A DNA stretch of 64,000 nt from Pseudonocardiales bacterium (GTDB lineage: Bacteria > Actinomycetota > Actinomycetes > Mycobacteriales > Jatrophihabitantaceae), in contig JAVHVD010000031.1 of NCBI GenBank assembly GCA_032160745.1, forward strand, positions 25,749-89,748, in the 5' to 3' direction. This document shows positions 28,273 to 38,243 of the stretch, in pieces. A program made the translations under genes and the position numbers. How positions within the stretch are numbered: the stretch's first letter is position 1; every line of letters starts with the position of its first letter. Below the pieces are notes generated by a model. The model was not told the DNA's origin, did no database searches, and was given only the letters and a program-made list of their open reading frames with translations.

Positions 28273-30024
28273 CTAGTACTTGCGCTCCATCGGTTGGTAG
28301 CGGGTCTGCACGACCGGCTTGTAATCCAGGCTGATCGAGCCGTCCGGGTTGCGATGAGCCATCGTGTGCCGCATGAAGTTGACGTCGTCACGGTGCGGGT
28401 AGTCCTCGCGGAAGTGCCCGCCCCGCGACTCGTTGCGTGCCCGCGCGCCGACGACCAGGACCTCGGCCAGGTCGAGCAGGAAGCCGAGCTCGATCGCCTC
28501 GAGCAGGTCGGAGTTGAACCGCTTCCCCTTGTCCGACACGGCAACGCTGGCGTAGCGCACCTTCAGCGCGGCGATGTCCTCCTCGGCCTGCTTCAGCGAC
28601 TCCTCGGTCCGGTAGACCTGCGCGTTGCGGTCCATCGTCTCCTGCAGTTCGCGCCGGATCGCGGCCACTCGCTCGGACCCCGTGGACGTCAACAGCCCCT
28701 CGACCATCGACACGACCACTGACTCGGGTGCCACCGGCAGCTCGGAGTACGAGCGACTTGTTGCGTACTCGGCGGCGGCGATGCCGGCACGCCGGCCGAA
28801 CACGTTGATGTCCAGCAGCGAGTTCGTTCCCAGCCGGTTCGAGCCGTGGACGGACACGCACGCCACCTCGCCGGCCGCGTACAAGCCGGGCACCACCGTG
28901 GTGTTGTCGCGCAGCACCTCGGCCCGGATGTTGGTGGGGACGCCGCCCATCGCGTAGTGCGCGGTCGGGTAGACCGGCACCGGCTCGGTGTAGGGCTCGA
29001 CCCCGAGATAGGTGCGGGCGAACTCGGTGATGTCCGGCAACTTGGCGTCGATCTGCTCGCGCGGCAGGTGCGTGAGGTCGAGCAGGACGTGGTCCTGGTT
29101 TGGTCCGGCGCCGCGTCCCTCCCGGACCTCGAGTGCCATCGAGCGCGCGACGATGTCGCGGGGAGCGAGGTCCTTGATCGTGGGCGCGTACCGCTCCATG
29201 AACCGTTCGCCGTTGACGTTGCGCAGGATGCCGCCCTCACCGCGAGCCGCCTCCGACAGCAGGATGCCGAGCCCGGCCAAGCCGGTGGGGTGGAACTGGA
29301 AGAACTCCATGTCCTCCAGCGGCAGGTTCTTGCGCCAGACGATCCCCATCCCGTCGCCGGTCAGCGTGTGCGCGTTCGACGTGGTCTTGAAGACCTTGCC
29401 GAACCCGCCGGTCGCGAGCACCACCGACTTGGCCGAGAAGACATGGATGTCGCCGCTGGCCAGCTCGTAGGCGACCACGCCGGCTGCTCTTGACTCGCGT
29501 GCCGGGCCGCTCAGGACGAGGTCGAGGACGTAGAACTCGTTGAAGAACTCGACGCCCTGCTTCACGCAGTTCTGGTACAGCGTCTGCAGGATCATGTGGC
29601 CGGTACGGTCGGCGGCGAAGCACGAGCGGCGCACCGCGGCCTCGCCGTGGTTGCGGGTGTGGCCACCGAATCGGCGCTGGTCGATCCGTCCGTCCGGCGT
29701 GCGGTTGAACGGCAGCCCCATCTTCTCCAGGTCGATGACCGCGTCGATGGCCTCTCGGCACATGACCTCGGCAGCGTCCTGGTCGACGAGATAGTCGCCG
29801 CCCTTGACCGTGTCGAAGGTGTGCCACTCCCAGTTGTCCTCTTCGACGTTGGCGAGCGCCGCGCACATGCCGCCCTGCGCGGCGCCGGTGTGCGAGCGGG
29901 TGGGGTACAGCTTGGTGAGGACAGCGGTGCGAACTCGCGAGGACGACTCGAGCGCGGCGCGCATCCCGGCGCCGCCGGCTCCGACGATGACCACGTCGTA
30001 CTGATGGTGATGAACGGGGGGCAT
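28273..30024 (-). CDS. sdhA: Succinate dehydrogenase flavoprotein subunit
   Basis: IVGAGGAG, RSHTGAAQGG (FAD-linked His), QFHPT, HYAMGG, HGSNRLGTNSL, ESRGGH. Confidence 0.97.
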   Translation of the reverse strand: MPPVHHHQYDVVIVGAGGAGMRAALESSSRVRTAVLTKLYPTRSHTGAAQGGMCAALANVEEDNWEWHTFDTVKGGDYLVDQDAAEVMCREAIDAVIDLEKMGLPFNRTPDGRIDQRRFGGHTRNHGEAAVRRSCFAADRTGHMILQTLYQNCVKQGVEFFNEFYVLDLVLSGPARESRAAGVVAYELASGDIHVFSAKSVVLATGGFGKVFKTTSNAHTLTGDGMGIVWRKNLPLEDMEFFQFHPTGLAGLGILLSEAARGEGGILRNVNGERFMERYAPTIKDLAPRDIVARSMALEVREGRGAGPNQDHVLLDLTHLPREQIDAKLPDITEFARTYLGVEPYTEPVPVYPTAHYAMGGVPTNIRAEVLRDNTTVVPGLYAAGEVACVSVHGSNRLGTNSLLDINVFGRRAGIAAAEYATSRSYSELPVAPESVVVSMVEGLLTSTGSERVAAIRRELQETMDRNAQVYRTEESLKQAEEDIAALKVRYASVAVSDKGKRFNSDLLEAIELGFLLDLAEVLVVGARARNESRGGHFREDYPHRDDVNFMRHTMAHRNPDGSISLDYKPVVQTRYQPMERKY

Positions 30025-30048
30025 GTCAATCTCTCGTCTCGTCGCACA

Positions 30049-30471
30049 TCACAGCGTCGGGTCGAACGTGAAGATCACCAGCGTGCCGAGCGCGATCGTG
30101 ATCGTCGTGGCCGTGTAGAGCAGGGCCTTCAACGCGAGGCGAGTGCCGTCGCGGCGGGTGTAGTCGTTGATGATCGTGCGCAGCCCGTTCGTCCCGTGCA
30201 GCATCGCGAGCCACAGCATCAGCAGATCCCAGACCTGCCAGAACGGGGAGGCCCAGCGGCCCGCGACGAAGGCCCAGTTCACCCGCTGCACGCCGCCGTC
30301 GAGGATGTTCATGATGAACAGGTGCCCGAGCACGAGCACGACCAGAACGATGCCGGACACCCGCATGAACAGCCACGCGTAGAGCTCGGTGTTGGTGCGG
30401 CCGCGGCGGGGACGGCCGGGCGCCGAGCGCGGCGCTTCGATGACCGGCGGGATGGACGAGTGCATGCTCAT
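30049..30471 (-). CDS. sdhD: Succinate dehydrogenase membrane anchor subunit
   Basis: WLFMRVSG...LGHL...HGTNGLRTIINDY; ATGA overlap with sdhC. Confidence 0.93.
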   Translation of the reverse strand: MSMHSSIPPVIEAPRSAPGRPRRGRTNTELYAWLFMRVSGIVLVVLVLGHLFIMNILDGGVQRVNWAFVAGRWASPFWQVWDLLMLWLAMLHGTNGLRTIINDYTRRDGTRLALKALLYTATTITIALGTLVIFTFDPTL

Positions 30472-30902
30472 TTCGACCCGAACAGGGACTCGGCGGTGTG
30501 CTTGATCATGAAGAAGCCGCCCGGCACCATCACGACGACCCAGATCACGATGATCGCCCACAGCATCTCGCGCTGGTAGCGGGTGCCCTTGCTCCAGAAG
30601 TCGATCGCGATGATCCGCAGCCCGTTCAGCGCGTGGTAGAGCACCGCGCCGACCAAGCCGATCTCCATCAGGTTCACGAACGGGTTCTTGTACGTGTCGA
30701 TCACCCGGTCGTAGGACTCCGGCGAGACCCGGACGAGCGCGGTGTCGAGCACGTGGGCGAAGAGGAAGAAGAACGTCAGGACGCCGGTGATCCGGTGAGC
30801 GACCCACGACCACATGCCCTCGCGGCCGCGGTACAGGGACCCCGCCGGTCGGATCCTGGGAGACGGCGGGGCGATCTTGGGCGCGCCCGGAGCAGCGGTC
30901 AC
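30468..30902 (-). CDS. sdhC: Succinate dehydrogenase cytochrome b556 subunit
   Basis: LYRGREGMWSWVAHRITG...HVLDT...YHALNGLR. Confidence 0.94.
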   Translation of the reverse strand: MTAAPGAPKIAPPSPRIRPAGSLYRGREGMWSWVAHRITGVLTFFFLFAHVLDTALVRVSPESYDRVIDTYKNPFVNLMEIGLVGAVLYHALNGLRIIAIDFWSKGTRYQREMLWAIIVIWVVVMVPGGFFMIKHTAESLFGSK

Positions 30903-31127
30903 GTCGAAACTCTAGTTCCCGTCGCGCCCGGACGCGGCGGCCGTGTGACTTGGCAGGCACCCCGCGCGACTGTGAGATTCGTACATTCCGCCGCCCCGAT
31001 ACACAGGCAACGATCCAGTGACGACACGGCTGCGGCGGCGCCAGCCCCTTGCACGGACGCGCCCGCTGTATACGGTGTCGCTCATACACATCACGGTCCT
31101 GGACCGTATTCGAAAGGATGACCTATC

Positions 31128-32258
31128 GTGCATCGTCTGCGTGCAAGCGCTGCGGTAGCCGGAGTAGCGGCGCTCGCATTGGTTTTGTCCGGCTGTGGAA
31201 GCAAGTCGGGCAACAACAACAAGTCCACGGGTGCCGGGGGCAGCTCGTCCAGTACGACCGCAGGCGGCTCGTCCACGGCTCCAGCCGGCACTGCCCTTAC
31301 CGCGTGCATGGTTCTGGACACCGGGGGCGTCGACGACAAGTCGTTCAACCAGTCGTCCTACGCCGGTATGCAGGCGGCGCAGAAGGACAACCCGAAGCTC
31401 AAGATCTCCTACGTTCCGTCAAACTCGGGCAACGACTACACACCGAACCTCAATGCCGAGGTCAGCAAGGGCTGCTCCCCGGTCATCGCGGTCGGTGGCC
31501 TCATGTCGGCCAACGTGAAGACCGTGGCCGCAGCGAACCCCAAGACGCAGTTCGCCGAGGTCGACGCGCCGTCGTCGGGCCCCAACGTCTACGGCCTGCA
31601 GTTCAATACCGCCCAGGGCGCCTTCCTCGGCGGATATCTTGCCGCCGGGATGACGAAGAGCGGCAAGGTCGCCACGTGGGGCGGCATCAACATCCCGCCG
31701 GTCACCATCTACATGGACGGTTTCTGGGAGGGCGTGCAGTACTACAACCAGCAGAAGAAGAAGAGCGTCCAGGTTCTCGGCTGGGACGAGACGAAGCAGA
31801 AGTCCGGCACGTTCGCCCAGTCGTTCACCGACCAGAACAAGGGCAAGCAGATCAGCCAGACGTTCATCCAGCAGGGTGCCGACATCATCTTCCCGGTCGC
31901 CGGTGGCGCTGGGCTGGGTGCCGGCGCTGCCGCGCAGGCATCGGGCGGCAAGGCCAGCGTCATCTGGGTCGACACTGACGGCTGTGTGTCGGCTGCGCAG
32001 TACTGCAAGTACTTCGTCACCTCGGTCACCAAGAACCTGGCCGGGTCGGTGCAGGAGTACCTGACCAAGGCGGCCGGCGGATCGTTCCCGACCGGCTCCT
32101 ACGTGGGCACGCTCGCCAACGGCGGCACCGGCCTCGCACCGTTCCACGACTTCGACTCCAAGGTCCCCAGCGGCCTGAAGACCGAACTCGACACGGTCAA
32201 GAGCGGTATCTCCGACGGCAGCATCAAGATCAAGTCCAAGGCCCAGCCGACAGCCTGA
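31128..32258 (+). CDS. BMP-family nucleoside ABC transporter substrate-binding lipoprotein
   Basis: Lipobox LSGC; DTGGVDDKSFNQ; GADIIFPVAG; WVDTD. Confidence 0.92.
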   Translation: MHRLRASAAVAGVAALALVLSGCGSKSGNNNKSTGAGGSSSSTTAGGSSTAPAGTALTACMVLDTGGVDDKSFNQSSYAGMQAAQKDNPKLKISYVPSNSGNDYTPNLNAEVSKGCSPVIAVGGLMSANVKTVAAANPKTQFAEVDAPSSGPNVYGLQFNTAQGAFLGGYLAAGMTKSGKVATWGGINIPPVTIYMDGFWEGVQYYNQQKKKSVQVLGWDETKQKSGTFAQSFTDQNKGKQISQTFIQQGADIIFPVAGGAGLGAGAAAQASGGKASVIWVDTDGCVSAAQYCKYFVTSVTKNLAGSVQEYLTKAAGGSFPTGSYVGTLANGGTGLAPFHDFDSKVPSGLKTELDTVKSGISDGSIKIKSKAQPTA

Positions 32259-32276
32259 CACCTCATTCGCGCGAGC

Positions 32277-32307
32277 TCGCGGGTGGGCCGCTACGGCCCA
32301 CCCGCGA
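32277..32307 (+). terminator. Stem-loop after the substrate-binding protein gene
   Basis: TCGCGGGTGGGCCG-CTA-CGGCCCACCCGCGA, perfect 14-bp stem. Confidence 0.65.
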
Positions 32308-32334
32308 CCGCGTAAGAAGGGACGTCCCGAGCCA

Positions 32335-33903
32335 GTGAAACTCGAGCTCCGAGCGATCACCAAACGCTTCGGCTCGCTGACGGCCAACGACGCCGTCGAC
32401 CTCGTCGTCGAGCCGGGTGAGATCCACGCGCTGCTCGGGGAGAACGGGGCCGGCAAGTCCACGTTGATGAACGTGCTGTACGGCCTCTATCAGCCGGACG
32501 AGGGCCAGATCCTCATCGATGACAAGCCGACGACCTTTGCCGGGCCCGGCGACGCGATGGCCGCGGGCATCGGCATGGTCCACCAGCACTTCATGCTCAT
32601 CCCGGTCTTCACCGTGACCGAGAACGTCATGCTCGGCCATGAGCAGATCAACCCGTTGGGGTTCCTGGCCCGCCGGCGAGCCCGGCGCGGCGTCGCCGAG
32701 ATCTCGCGCCGGTACGGCCTCGACGTCCCGCCCGATGCCCTGGTCGGGGACCTTCCCGTCGGCGTCCAGCAGCGCGTCGAGATCCTCAAGGCGCTCAGCC
32801 GGGACGCTGAACTGCTGGTCCTCGACGAGCCCACCGCGGTGCTCACCCCACAGGAAACCCAAGAGCTGATCACCGTCATGCGCGCCCTGCGCGACGGTGG
32901 CACCTCGATCGTCTTCATCAGCCACAAGCTGCACGAGGTCCGCGAGATCGCTGACCGGATCACCGTTATCCGCCGGGGAAAGGTCGTCGGCAGCCCGGAG
33001 CCCAGCGCGTCGTCCGGCGACCTGGCAGCGCTGATGGTCGGCCGCCCGGTCCAGCTCGTCGTCGACAAGACCCCGGCGAGCCCGGCCGAGACGGTGCTCG
33101 AGGTCCGCGAGCTGTCGATCATCAGCCCCCAGGGCGTGGTGCTGGTCGACTCCGTCTCCTTCGACGTGCATGCCGGTGAGATCTACGCGATCGCCGGCGT
33201 CCAGGGCAACGGGCAGACCGAGGTCACCGAGGCGCTGGTCGGCCTCGTGATCCCCACCAGCGGCGAGATCGTCATCGAGGGCCGCCGGGTCACCACGCTG
33301 ACCACCGACGAGGTGCTCGAACTCGGCGTCGGGTACGTGCCCGAGGACCGGCTGCACGACGGGCTGGTCGGCAGCTTCTCCGTCGCCGAGAACCTCGTCC
33401 TCGACATGTACGACAAGCCACCCTTCGCGTCTCGTGGCAGCCTCAATCTGGACGAGATCGATCGCAACGCCGACCTGCGGGTGCAGGAGTTCGACGTGCG
33501 GACGCCCAGCGCGCAGGCGTCGGCCGGGACCCTGTCCGGCGGGAACCAGCAGAAGGTCGTCCTGGCTCGCGAGCTGTCCCGCCCGCTCAAGCTGCTGATC
33601 GTCGCGCAGCCCACCCGCGGTCTGGACGTCGGGTCGATGGAGTTCGTCCACCGCCGCATCGTCGAGGAGCGCGACAAGGGCACGGCCGTCGTCCTGGTCT
33701 CCACCGAGCTGGACGAGGTCCTGGGCCTGGCCGACCGGATCGCGGTCATGTACCGCGGCAAGATCGCCGGTGAGGTGCCGCCGGGTACGCCGGCCGAGCA
33801 GATCGGCCTGCTCATGGCGGGCTCCTCGGCGCAGGACGCGGCGGCGGATGCACCGACGAGCGACACGGGCACGGGCAATCCGGAAACGGGGGAAGCCGTA
33901 TGA
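32335..33903 (+). CDS. Nucleoside/sugar ABC transporter ATP-binding protein (two ABC domains)
   Basis: GENGAGKST, VLDEPT, ISHKL, LSGGNQQK, AQPTRGLD. Confidence 0.95.
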   Translation: MKLELRAITKRFGSLTANDAVDLVVEPGEIHALLGENGAGKSTLMNVLYGLYQPDEGQILIDDKPTTFAGPGDAMAAGIGMVHQHFMLIPVFTVTENVMLGHEQINPLGFLARRRARRGVAEISRRYGLDVPPDALVGDLPVGVQQRVEILKALSRDAELLVLDEPTAVLTPQETQELITVMRALRDGGTSIVFISHKLHEVREIADRITVIRRGKVVGSPEPSASSGDLAALMVGRPVQLVVDKTPASPAETVLEVRELSIISPQGVVLVDSVSFDVHAGEIYAIAGVQGNGQTEVTEALVGLVIPTSGEIVIEGRRVTTLTTDEVLELGVGYVPEDRLHDGLVGSFSVAENLVLDMYDKPPFASRGSLNLDEIDRNADLRVQEFDVRTPSAQASAGTLSGGNQQKVVLARELSRPLKLLIVAQPTRGLDVGSMEFVHRRIVEERDKGTAVVLVSTELDEVLGLADRIAVMYRGKIAGEVPPGTPAEQIGLLMAGSSAQDAAADAPTSDTGTGNPETGEAV

Positions 33904-35165
33904 CCGCCACGCTGGCCAAGGGACCGCCGGCCGACGACTCGCCGACACCGCCGGAACGGATCAACCCACCCTGGTGGCGCCGCGCGCTGGACGGCTACCT
34001 CTACGGCAACCAGTTCGTCGTCACCCTGCTGTCGTTCCTCTGCGCGCTGGTGTTCGGCGCGTTCCTCATCGCACTGGCCGACCAGCCCACCCGCAGCGCG
34101 CTCGGCTACTTCTTCCAGGCCCCGAGCGATACGTTCAGCCGGGCGTGGACGGCCATCTCGGCCGGCTACTCGGCGCTCTTCCGCGGTTCGATCTTCAATA
34201 CCGACTCGCTGTACTCCAACGGCGGTGTGCCGTTGTTCGACCCGCTGTCGAACACGCTGGTGAACGCCGCGCCGCTGATCCTCGGCGGTCTTGCGGTCGC
34301 GGTCGCCTTCCGCGCCGGGCTGTTCAACATCGGCGTGCAGGGCCAGCTGATCATGGGCGCGATCTGCGCGGGGTACGTCGGCTTCAAGTGGCACCTGCCG
34401 GCCGGCATCCATTTGATCGTCGCGCTGCTCGCCGGCATCCTCGGCGGCGCGATCTGGGGCGGCATCGTCGGCCTGCTCAAGGCCAAGACGGGGGCGCACG
34501 AGGTCATCACGACGATCATGCTCAACTACGTCGCGTTCTACTTCCTCGGCTACCTGCTGACGTTGAAGGGTTTCCAGGCGCCGAACTCGACCGAGGCCAC
34601 GACCAGCCCGATCGATTCGACGGCCCGACTGCCCAATCTGTTCCAGCACGTCCACTCCGGCCTGATCATCGCCGTCGTCGCCGCCGTCGGGTGCTGGTGG
34701 CTGCTCTCCCGGTCGACGCTGGGGTTCTCGATCAAGGCGATCGGGCAGAACCCCTTCGCCGCCCGGACGGCGGGCATGAAGGTCGAGCGCGGCTACATAA
34801 CCGTCATGATCATCGCCGGCGCGCTGGCCGGCCTCGTCGGCTGCTCGCAGGTGCTCGGCACGCGGCAGGTGCTCACCCAGGACGTCGATGCCGGATTCGG
34901 CTTCGACGCGATCACGGTCGCCCTGCTGGGCCGCGGCTCGCCGATCGGCACCGTCCTCGCCGGACTGCTCTTCGGAGCGTTCCGCGCCGGCGGCGTCACG
35001 ATGGGCGCACAGACCACCACCCCGCCGGACGTCGTCTCGGTCATGGAGCCGGTGATGGTGCTGTTCATCGCAGCCCCGGCGCTCATTCGCGGAATCTTCC
35101 GACTGCGCGCATCCCAGGGTGGTGGAGGCGGCGCCGCCGCCCTGGCGAAGGGGTGGAACGGATGA
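33900..35165 (+). CDS. ABC transporter permease
   Basis: FRAGLFNIGVQGQ, GAHEVITTIMLNY, GFDAITVALLG; multiple TM segments. Confidence 0.93.
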   Translation: MTATLAKGPPADDSPTPPERINPPWWRRALDGYLYGNQFVVTLLSFLCALVFGAFLIALADQPTRSALGYFFQAPSDTFSRAWTAISAGYSALFRGSIFNTDSLYSNGGVPLFDPLSNTLVNAAPLILGGLAVAVAFRAGLFNIGVQGQLIMGAICAGYVGFKWHLPAGIHLIVALLAGILGGAIWGGIVGLLKAKTGAHEVITTIMLNYVAFYFLGYLLTLKGFQAPNSTEATTSPIDSTARLPNLFQHVHSGLIIAVVAAVGCWWLLSRSTLGFSIKAIGQNPFAARTAGMKVERGYITVMIIAGALAGLVGCSQVLGTRQVLTQDVDAGFGFDAITVALLGRGSPIGTVLAGLLFGAFRAGGVTMGAQTTTPPDVVSVMEPVMVLFIAAPALIRGIFRLRASQGGGGGAAALAKGWNG

Positions 35166-36481
35166 CCACCGCATTGTCGGAAGAGGAGGAGGCCCTCGTC
35201 GTCACCCACGAGGTGGTGGAGGTCCGCCCGTCCAGCCGCAAACGGCTCATCACCGGTGCCGCCCTCGTCGTCACCGGTCTGGTGATCTTCCTGGCCTGGG
35301 GCATCGGTGCCCGCAACGGTGATGCCGCCTTCCAGGTCTCGCAGTTCGGTGACCGCTGGCAGATCGGCAACCTGCGCTTCCCGGGCGGCGCCGTCGCGAT
35401 GATCATGGGCGTTGTCGTCGTACTGCTGGGCGTCGGCCAGCTCGTCCGCGGTTACACGAAGTCGCAGATGCGCTGGGTGGTGGCGGCGACGCTGCTGCTG
35501 TTCATCCTGGCGTTCCTCGCCTGGGCCGGAACCGGCTCGCCGCAGAACCCGATCAGCCTGTCCGGGCTGGTGCAGAACTCGATCACGGCGTCGATCCCGT
35601 ACGTGCTGGGGGCGCTGGCCGGCATCGTGTGTGAGCGCTCCGGCGTCATCAACATCGCCATCGAGGGGCAGATGCTCGTCGGGGCGTTCGCCGGTGCGAT
35701 GTTCGCGTCGTCGGCCGACAGCCTCGGCATCGGTCTGGCTGCGGCGATGCTCGGCGGCGCACTGATCGGCATCCTTCTCGCCGTCTTCGCGATTCGCTAC
35801 ATCGTCAACCAGGTCGTGCTCGGCGTCGTCTTGAACACCTTCGCGCTGGGGCTGACGAACCTGGGCTTCCACGCGATCATGTCGGGCGAGAAGAACGCGG
35901 CCAAGTACAACGCCGGGGCCACCCTCGGGCCGATCAAGATCCCGTTGCTCGGCGACCTGCCGGTCATCGGCCAGGCGCTGTTCAACGTCAACATCATCGT
36001 CTACATCACCTACGGGCTCATCGTGGTGATCGACGTCGGTCTGTTCCGGACGCGGTGGGGGCTGCGGACCCGCGCCGTCGGCGAGCATCCGAAGGCGGCG
36101 GACACCGTCGGCATCAAGGTCAACCGCATCCGTTACCGCAACGTCGTCATCGGCGGGCTCATCGCCGGCCTCGCCGGCGCCGCGCTGACGATCGGAGGCT
36201 CGGGCCAGTTCAACGCGAACATCTCCTCGGGCAAGGGCTTCATTGCCCTCGCGGCGGTCATCTTCGGCCGCTGGAGCCCGCGCGGCGCGATCGCGGCGGC
36301 CCTGCTGTTCGGCTTCACAGACCAGCTGCAGATCACTCTCGGGATCGTCGGCACGCCGGTGCAGATCCCGTCCGCATTCCTCAGCATGGCGCCTTACGTC
36401 GCGACGGTGATCGCCGTGGCCGGGCTCGTCGGCCGGGTGCAGGCGCCCGCCGCCGACGGCGAACCGTATGTGAAGGGTTGA
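35162..36481 (+). CDS. ABC transporter permease
   Basis: ERSGVINIAIEG, RTRWGLRTRAVGEHP, GKGFIALAAVIFG; ATG 35162 overlaps the upstream stop. Confidence 0.93.
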   Translation: MTTALSEEEEALVVTHEVVEVRPSSRKRLITGAALVVTGLVIFLAWGIGARNGDAAFQVSQFGDRWQIGNLRFPGGAVAMIMGVVVVLLGVGQLVRGYTKSQMRWVVAATLLLFILAFLAWAGTGSPQNPISLSGLVQNSITASIPYVLGALAGIVCERSGVINIAIEGQMLVGAFAGAMFASSADSLGIGLAAAMLGGALIGILLAVFAIRYIVNQVVLGVVLNTFALGLTNLGFHAIMSGEKNAAKYNAGATLGPIKIPLLGDLPVIGQALFNVNIIVYITYGLIVVIDVGLFRTRWGLRTRAVGEHPKAADTVGIKVNRIRYRNVVIGGLIAGLAGAALTIGGSGQFNANISSGKGFIALAAVIFGRWSPRGAIAAALLFGFTDQLQITLGIVGTPVQIPSAFLSMAPYVATVIAVAGLVGRVQAPAADGEPYVKG

Positions 36482-36482
36482 G

Positions 36483-36878
36483 ATGACCGAGATCGATTGG
36501 CCGGCGCTGCGCCGAACCGCGCTCGAGGCGATGGGACGGGCGTACGCGCCGTACTCGCAGTTCCCGGTCGGCGCAGCGGCGCTGGTGGACGACGGGCGCA
36601 CGGTGGCCGGGTGCAACGTCGAGAACGCGTCCTACGGCCTCGGGCTGTGCGCGGAGTGCGGACTGGTGTCGGCACTGCACGCGTCCGGCGGCGGCCGGCT
36701 GGTCGCGTTCGCATGCGTCGACTCCCGCGGTGACGTGCTGATGCCGTGCGGACGGTGTCGCCAGCTGCTCTGGGAACACGGCGGCCCGGACCTGCTCGTC
36801 GACACGCCCGAAGGCATCAAGCCGATGACCGAGGTCCTACCGCTCGCGTTCGGGCGGGCGGACCTTCCCCTTGGCTGA
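36483..36878 (+). CDS. cdd: Cytidine deaminase
   Basis: AYAPYS, GCNVENASY, LCAEC, PCGRCRQ. Confidence 0.96.
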   Translation: MTEIDWPALRRTALEAMGRAYAPYSQFPVGAAALVDDGRTVAGCNVENASYGLGLCAECGLVSALHASGGGRLVAFACVDSRGDVLMPCGRCRQLLWEHGGPDLLVDTPEGIKPMTEVLPLAFGRADLPLG

Positions 36879-36881
36879 GTT

Positions 36882-36955
36882 GTGAGTGAGCATCGCAGCG
36901 AGCGCCAGCGAGCGAGGAGCGGAGCGAACAGGCGATGAGCGCTCGCGCGAAGAGC
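36882..36955 (+). repeat. MIRU-like intercistronic element with an 18-aa mini-ORF; supplies the deoA start codon
   Basis: GTG 36882 ORF (MSEHRSERQRARSGANRR) stops at TGA 36936-36938, overlapping deoA ATG 36935; contains the 22-mer shared with the sdhA-sdhB spacer. Confidence 0.7.
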
Positions 36956-38233
36956 AATCAAGATTTCGATGTCGTAGACATCATCCGGACGAAGCGGGAC
37001 GGGGGCGCGCTGAGCGACCCCGAGATCGACTGGGTGATCGCGGCCTACACCCGCGGCGACGTCGCCCACGAGCAGATGTCCGCACTCGCGATGGCGATCC
37101 TGCTGCGCGGCATGACCGGTGTGGAGATCGCGCGCTGGACGGCGGCGATGATCGCGTCGGGGGAGCGCCTCGACCTCTCCTCGGTGCCGCGCCCGACCGT
37201 CGACAAGCACTCGACCGGTGGCGTCGGCGACAAGATCACCCTGCCCCTTGCCCCGCTGGTGGCGGCCTGCGGTGCAGCGGTACCGCAGCTGTCCGGACGC
37301 GGACTCGGGCACACCGGCGGCACGCTCGACAAGCTCGAGTCGATACCGGGATGGCGGGCGGCGCTCAGCAACCAGGAGTTCCTCGCTCAGCTGTCGTCCG
37401 TCGGCGCCGTGGTCTGCGCGGCCGGCGACGAGCTGGCGCCGGCCGACCGCAAGCTCTATGCGCTTCGCGATGTCACCGGCACGGTCGAGTCGATCCCGCT
37501 GATCGCCTCGTCGATCATGAGCAAGAAGATCGCCGAGGGATCGTCGGCCCTGGTGTTGGACGTGAAGGTCGGCACCGGAGCGTTCATGAAGTCCGAGGAC
37601 GACGCGCGCGAGCTGGCCCGCACGATGGTCGAGCTCGGCGGCGCGCACGGTGTGCAGACGGTGGCGCTGCTGACCGACATGTCGACGCCGCTGGGGTTGA
37701 CGGCCGGCAACGCGCTGGAGGTGCGCGAGTCGATCGAGGTCCTCGCCGGTGGTGGGCCGTCCGACGTCGTCGCGCTCACCCTGGCCCTGGCGCGGGAGAT
37801 GCTGGCGTGCGCCGGGCTGGCCGACGTCGATCCCGCCGACGCGCTGCGCGACGGGCGGGCGATGGACGCCTGGCGCGCCATGATCTCGGCCCAGGGCGGC
37901 GACCCCGACGCGGCCCTGCCGGTCGCCCGGGAGACGCACGTCGTGACCGCGCCGTCCTCGGGAGTGTTGAGCCGGCTGGACGCGCTCGCTGTCGGCGTGG
38001 CCGCCTGGCGGCTCGGGGCGGGACGGGCTCGTCAGGAGGACCCGGTTGCGGCCGGCGCCGGGATCGTCCTGCGCGCAAAACCGGGCGACGAGGTGCGCGA
38101 GGGTCAGCCGCTGCTGGAGCTGCACGCCGACGATCCGGCGCGCTTCGAACGGGCGCTGGCGGCGCTGCAGGACGGGTACGACATCGGCGGGCCGGCCGCG
38201 TCCCGGTCGCTCGTCATCGACCGGATCGCGTAG
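36935..38233 (+). CDS. deoA: Thymidine/pyrimidine-nucleoside phosphorylase
   Basis: DKHSTGGVGDK, SGRGLGHTGGTLDKLESIPG, LYALRDVT, SSIMSKK, DVKVG. Confidence 0.96.
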   Translation: MSARAKSNQDFDVVDIIRTKRDGGALSDPEIDWVIAAYTRGDVAHEQMSALAMAILLRGMTGVEIARWTAAMIASGERLDLSSVPRPTVDKHSTGGVGDKITLPLAPLVAACGAAVPQLSGRGLGHTGGTLDKLESIPGWRAALSNQEFLAQLSSVGAVVCAAGDELAPADRKLYALRDVTGTVESIPLIASSIMSKKIAEGSSALVLDVKVGTGAFMKSEDDARELARTMVELGGAHGVQTVALLTDMSTPLGLTAGNALEVRESIEVLAGGGPSDVVALTLALAREMLACAGLADVDPADALRDGRAMDAWRAMISAQGGDPDAALPVARETHVVTAPSSGVLSRLDALAVGVAAWRLGAGRARQEDPVAAGAGIVLRAKPGDEVREGQPLLELHADDPARFERALAALQDGYDIGGPAASRSLVIDRIA

Positions 38234-38243
38234 CTCGGACGGC

